Origin: Deltaproteobacteria bacterium
Lineage (GTDB): Bacteria > Myxococcota > JACRCW01
Reading direction: 5' to 3'
Assembly: GCA_016218805.1 (NCBI GenBank)
Contig: JACRCW010000159.1
Coordinates: 51,634-71,633, forward strand
Length of the DNA stretch: 20,000 nucleotides
The notes beneath the pieces are model-generated. The model was not told the DNA's origin and ran no database searches. It saw only the letters and a list, made by a program, of their open reading frames with translations. Shown one piece after another: positions 18,601-20,000 of the stretch. The position numbers and the translations under genes were made by a program. The first letter of the stretch is position 1; each line of letters opens with the position of its first letter.

Positions 18601-19816
18601 TTTCTCGTTCCGCGTGTTTGACGGCGTGGACAACTCGTCCGCTGCCATGGTGACGCTGATCATCCAGGCCGCGAACGACGCGCCCGTGGCGGCCGCTCTG
18701 TCCGTCAGCGTTATCTCCGGAGCCACCGTGTCCATCACGCTTGCTGCCTCGGACGTTGAGGGAGATACGCTGGCGTTCAGCGTTGGCGTGCGGCCCACGC
18801 ACGGCACGCTCACCGGCACCCCGCCCACCGTGGTCTACCAGTCCGCGGCCGGCTACGCGGGACCGGATCAATTCACGTTCTTTGCCAGCGACGGATCACT
18901 GACCTCCGCCGCCGCGGTGGTGAACCTCACCGTGTTGGCGGCGCCCGGCACGCCCACGGCGGACAACCAGGCCGTCAGCACGGCGGAGGACACTCCGGTC
19001 AGCATCACGCTCACGGCAACGGACCCGGAGGGAGACCCGGTGACGTTCGCGGTGGTCACCGCCCCGGTACACGGCACGCTGACCGGGACGCCTCCGTTTG
19101 TGATCTACACGCCGTTCGCAAACTACGCCGGCAGTGACACCTTCACATTCAGCGCGTCCGACGGCGTCCGCACCTCCGCGCCGGCCAGGGTGGACCTCAC
19201 GGTCACCGCGGAGAATGACCCGCCCATGGCGCTGGTCCAGTCGTTGGTCACACCGGCGGACGTGGCTTTGGATGTTCTACTCACGGGCCTGGACGTGGAG
19301 GGTGACGCGCTGACGTTCACCGTGGAGACGCAACCCACGCACGGCGCGCTCGGCGGCACGGCCCCGTCGGTGCGGTACACGCCGGCCGCGGGCTACCAGG
19401 GCGAGGACTCGTTCACCTTCTCCGTGAGTGACGGCGTCCTGGCCTCACCCGCGGCGACGGTCACCATTGCGGTGGGGGCGGTGGACGGCGGCAGCGGAGA
19501 CGCCGGCGCGCCCGACGGTGGCACGCCGGACGCGGGAACCGCCGACGGCGGGACGACGATGAACGACGGCGGCGACACCGATGCTGCCGTCAGCACCGAC
19601 GGAGCGGTGGTCACGCCGGACAGCGGCACCCCGGATTCGGGGGCGGCCACCGGTGATGGCGGCACGGTGAGCACGCCGGATGCCGGTGGCGGCGGCGGCG
19701 GAGATGAGCCGCCTGAGCCCACCTGCGGCTGCCGCGTAAGTAGCGAAAACGCACCGGAACCGTGGGCGGCGCTGGTGTTGCTTGGGGCGTGGCTGACGGC
19801 GCGGCGGCGGCGATAG
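9605..19816 (+). CDS. Giant cell-surface protein (3403 aa): signal/lipobox, N-terminal domain, beta-propeller-like repeats, 22 Ig/cadherin-like modules, acidic Gly-rich linker, MYXO-CTERM
   Basis: GGGAG upstream of the ATG; LSTLAC; repeated YLxVWxDxR...DIYGxR blades; VNDAP/NEDT repeats; C-terminal TCGCRVS...PWAALVLLGAWLTARRRR. Confidence 0.93.
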   Translation: MALLRALVIPRPVLAFPSALFCACLSTLACHNAATSSTVTPAPAPAAAPAELPDVMRRAHFAFHPVGVADWSGGGTHYQVDVHQGGIRFTPGVSEGGGSFTAGPPLELETRGVRRGARERLLDVPAARGDGEGSLRISRDDAEEVLQNTADGLWQRWEWTTEPDGDGDLEVTVAASGLPYAGTSDEAVHFRDPGSPVGVRYSHATWIDADGNRTRIEARWDHGHIALVVPAAVLSASAYPAVLDPVVGPEVAADAGAVVVSASGTAVSGPLLAYGASTYLAIWNDSRFGYTTTMGARFNAAGTALDPTGFVIGRLAETLAFDGTNFQVAYADYNTGLYGYRITPAGVIDGSVYTLNTALYMQYPRMACQAATQCLVVYRKLNTGNFRYETWGHRINLNATPLGSAFAIYVLNSTNSHDVAFDGTNYGIAIERQYASGGIVLGQRVSTAGTLVGTEVNISTVTPTVAQASVPRIAYGGGKYLVAWQDNRAGSASGPFDIYGAFYGTDGTVGANVQLGNAAGGEQVTPVVSGDAANFLVAWNHLRPDGKNEVWANRRRVSDGALLDGTGVLLVGAAGADNSVSATVYDSTGHALGFRATPALSTNQDNYLARYNTGGAALALRDAAPLLMTTSGNRQVVPDVAYDSVNALYLAVWQDTRLGASNLYGARFDSGGALLDAAAFLIAQGAGSRDKPRLAFDAASGRFLVVWEDNRNGAWDIYGGRLTSPASPTLPTLVDTSAGFLVSSNGAGVPAANNQITPDLVLAPSTGRMLVVWSDGRTGSDIYGTRVDMTAASPVVDLTGKVLVDTAAVSLILPRIAHEGPNSLLVWVDYWGDKIDAARFDASLTKIAASDLTVDTVVRSYTRPSVSFGGGAYIVAWENSSLRINAARITAAGVLSGVQRDVWYSGVVSPTSPDVSFDGTYHVVLFEYAASTTSSRDVLAGRVRATGSIKDSTPLSIAAGAGIDEGFPAVGSTNTNTRRSLVVYSRYDSSAAVRALRAQARTFLSNDRPAAATPQAFSVNEDAAGSFTVVCTDGDSDPLTWAKLTDPTNASVFTWTGPGFNYTGNANYFGTDTFTVRCSDAFESAPTTTVNLTINSVNDAPSFTKGADQVINEDAGAQTVANWATAISVGPANESAQTLSFTVTNTNTALFSVQPAVSAAGTLTYTAVANAYGMATVSVRAVDTGGTANGGQNQSPIQTFTITVNQVNDVPSFTRGADQVVNEDAGALTVVGWATALSPGPANESGQTLTFTVSNDNNGLFAVQPVISSAGVLLYTPLANANGTAVVTVTLSDNGGVANGGVDTSAAQTFNITVSAVNDAPSFLKGANQAVTEDSGTTTVANWATARSAGPANESGQTLTFILANDNNALFSVQPAVSPAGTLTFTPAANASGTANLTVYVQDNGGVANGGVDVSPTQSFTVAVSALNDAPVITTPAGAQTVNEDTALIFSGARLVSVADVDVASGSLQVTLIATNGTASLSGIVGLVFSTGTGTNDATMTFTGALADVNTALNGMAFTGTPLHYNGAAQLDLTVDDQGNTPAPAQQGTASIPVSTNAVNDAPVNNVPAAGQSTPQNTDLVFNTANGNRIYVQDVDHGGLTEQVHLTVLYGYLTLASTTGINFDTGVDGSADLTISGTVNNLNAALNGMRYSPNTGYTGPDTLTVDTSDLGRTGSGGVRTDLDTVGITVLAPNLPPVNTVPAAQSTNEDTSLAFSTAGGNRIALSDPDAASATVELALTATNGVLKLFTTTGITFQSGADDTAAMTLRGTLLALNAALDGMLFKPTAQFSGGASVSLVTDDLGNTGTGGAKQDSDTVTITVNAVNDAPIISDIADQSTNEDTATGALAFTVTDLDTALASVTATGTSSNTTLVPNGSIVFGGGSGANRNVTVTPAPGEAGSTTLTVTLSDGAGGTASDTFVLTVNAVNDAPTISDIPDQSTNEDTASSAIAFTVGDADTALTSVTATGTSSNTALVPNGNIMFGGGSGAARTVTLTPVANQSGTTTLTITLADGAGGTASDTFVLTVNAVNDAPTISDIADQSTNEDTATAALAFNVTDLDTALTSVTATGSSSDPALVPNGSIVFGGGTGAARTVTVTPAAGQSGTVTITVTLADGAGGTASDAFQLTVNAVNDPPTISNILDQSTNEDVPTAAIGFTIADPDHAAGVLVPTATSSNPTLLPDSRITLGGTDGNRTITLAPAADQSGTSTITVTISDGVGGTVQDNFVLTVNAVNDAPVISAITDTSVDEDLSTGAIAFTLADVDNAVSGLTLAAASDNPTLLPAGSMVLGGSGSARTVTVTPAANMSGTAVVTLTVSDGSGGSAVESFTLVVNAVNDAPVISAIGDVGIQEDTPSVPTAFTLNDAETPAANLVLTVASSDLGVVPVAGVVISGTGGSRMVEVTPATNASGTSTVTVTVTDGAGASSSESFLVTVNAVDDTPVISAISDQGIALNTSTGALSFTVGDVETPAASLQLSASSSNTALIPVSAVVFGGGGSARTVTVTPTAGQTGSATVTITVSDGALTASEVFVVSVSANVPPTISDVVDQSTTEDAAPLTVSFTVGDAETPVDSLTMEAVSSDPALIPVENITFGGSGSARSVTLAPLANANGTATITLTVRDDDGGTGNDSFILTVSALNDAPTVSTIPATVTNEDSPTAPLAFTVGDVETTAGSLLVTATSSDQALLPDGNITLSGSGSNRTVTLAPAPNRSGTCTVTLVVSDGNQTTATTFTFTVNALADAPTVGALADRTTDEDAAPLQVDLAVGDAETPAGSLVVTVTSSNGAVVAPAGITLGGSGAARTVTLATLADANGTTTITVTVSDGTLSTSEEFVLTVNAVNDPPVAQAQSVATTRDTGVAVALVATDVDGDPLTYSIPTPPVNGTLSGAAPNLAYQPNAGFVGADSLQFSVTDSGGLTSTAAVSITVRATNTRPVATPQVAGVTEDVAAAILLTGSDPDGDTLVYSVVVNPRHGTLTGTPPDLQYLPEADYSGLDDFSFRVFDGVDNSSAAMVTLIIQAANDAPVAAALSVSVISGATVSITLAASDVEGDTLAFSVGVRPTHGTLTGTPPTVVYQSAAGYAGPDQFTFFASDGSLTSAAAVVNLTVLAAPGTPTADNQAVSTAEDTPVSITLTATDPEGDPVTFAVVTAPVHGTLTGTPPFVIYTPFANYAGSDTFTFSASDGVRTSAPARVDLTVTAENDPPMALVQSLVTPADVALDVLLTGLDVEGDALTFTVETQPTHGALGGTAPSVRYTPAAGYQGEDSFTFSVSDGVLASPAATVTIAVGAVDGGSGDAGAPDGGTPDAGTADGGTTMNDGGDTDAAVSTDGAVVTPDSGTPDSGAATGDGGTVSTPDAGGGGGGDEPPEPTCGCRVSSENAPEPWAALVLLGAWLTARRRR
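12620..19480 (+). repeat. Intragenic tandem array of 22 Ig/cadherin-like modules
   Basis: NDAP-type module starts spaced 276, 3x330, 396/399/396, 3x309, 7x300-306 and about 5x270 nt. Confidence 0.9.
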
Positions 19817-19876
19817 GACGACGCGCTCAGCGCAGCGGCAGCAAGGAATCGGAAAATATCAAGTCGGACGATATTT

Positions 19877-19960
19877 GTAGCGGCGGCACCCGTGGCCGCC
19901 GCGGAGAGCCGCGCGGTCTACATCGTCACTCCCTGCGGCGAGTGCATGCCTCGCCGCTAC
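19877..19960. repeat. Inverted pair of GTAG-headed REP-like palindromes (REPIN-like)
   Basis: Plus strand 19877-19902: GTAGCGGCGGCACCCGTGGCCGCCGC. Minus strand 19960-19935: GTAGCGGCGAGGCATGCACTCGCCGC. Both are 26 nt with an 8-bp stem and 7-nt loop. Confidence 0.75.
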
Positions 19961-20000
19961 GAAGTCTGTCGACATGATCGGGTTGTTCATTTCCAAATCC

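Noticed and set aside
9818..19722. Many minus-strand ORFs (up to 827 aa) inside the giant gene
   Set aside because: Shadow frames of repetitive Thr/Val/Ala-rich coding sequence.

Overview
High-GC bacterial DNA, probably myxobacterial or related (it carries a MYXO-CTERM protein). The housekeeping backbone is a partial small membrane protein, lipB, ileS, a YafK/DpaA-like L,D-transpeptidase-family gene, a 3-hydroxybutyryl-CoA dehydrogenase, and a 3403-aa surface protein with 22 Ig/cadherin-like modules. The most striking structure is two independent inserts, each bracketed by an imperfect direct duplication of the host's own promoter/gene-start DNA. A ~365-bp repeat (3671-4036 / 4865-5229) surrounds a small gene plus a decayed zeta-toxin-like ATPase. 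A 78-bp repeat (6684-6761 / 8339-8416) surrounds an atypical 467-aa lipoprotein-like gene. No transposase or integrase is visible, and the resident genes are intact. A patch of fused gene scraps (CusA and PhoD fragments) follows, and two REP-like palindromic elements are present. All family assignments come from motif recognition by eye; no database search was run.
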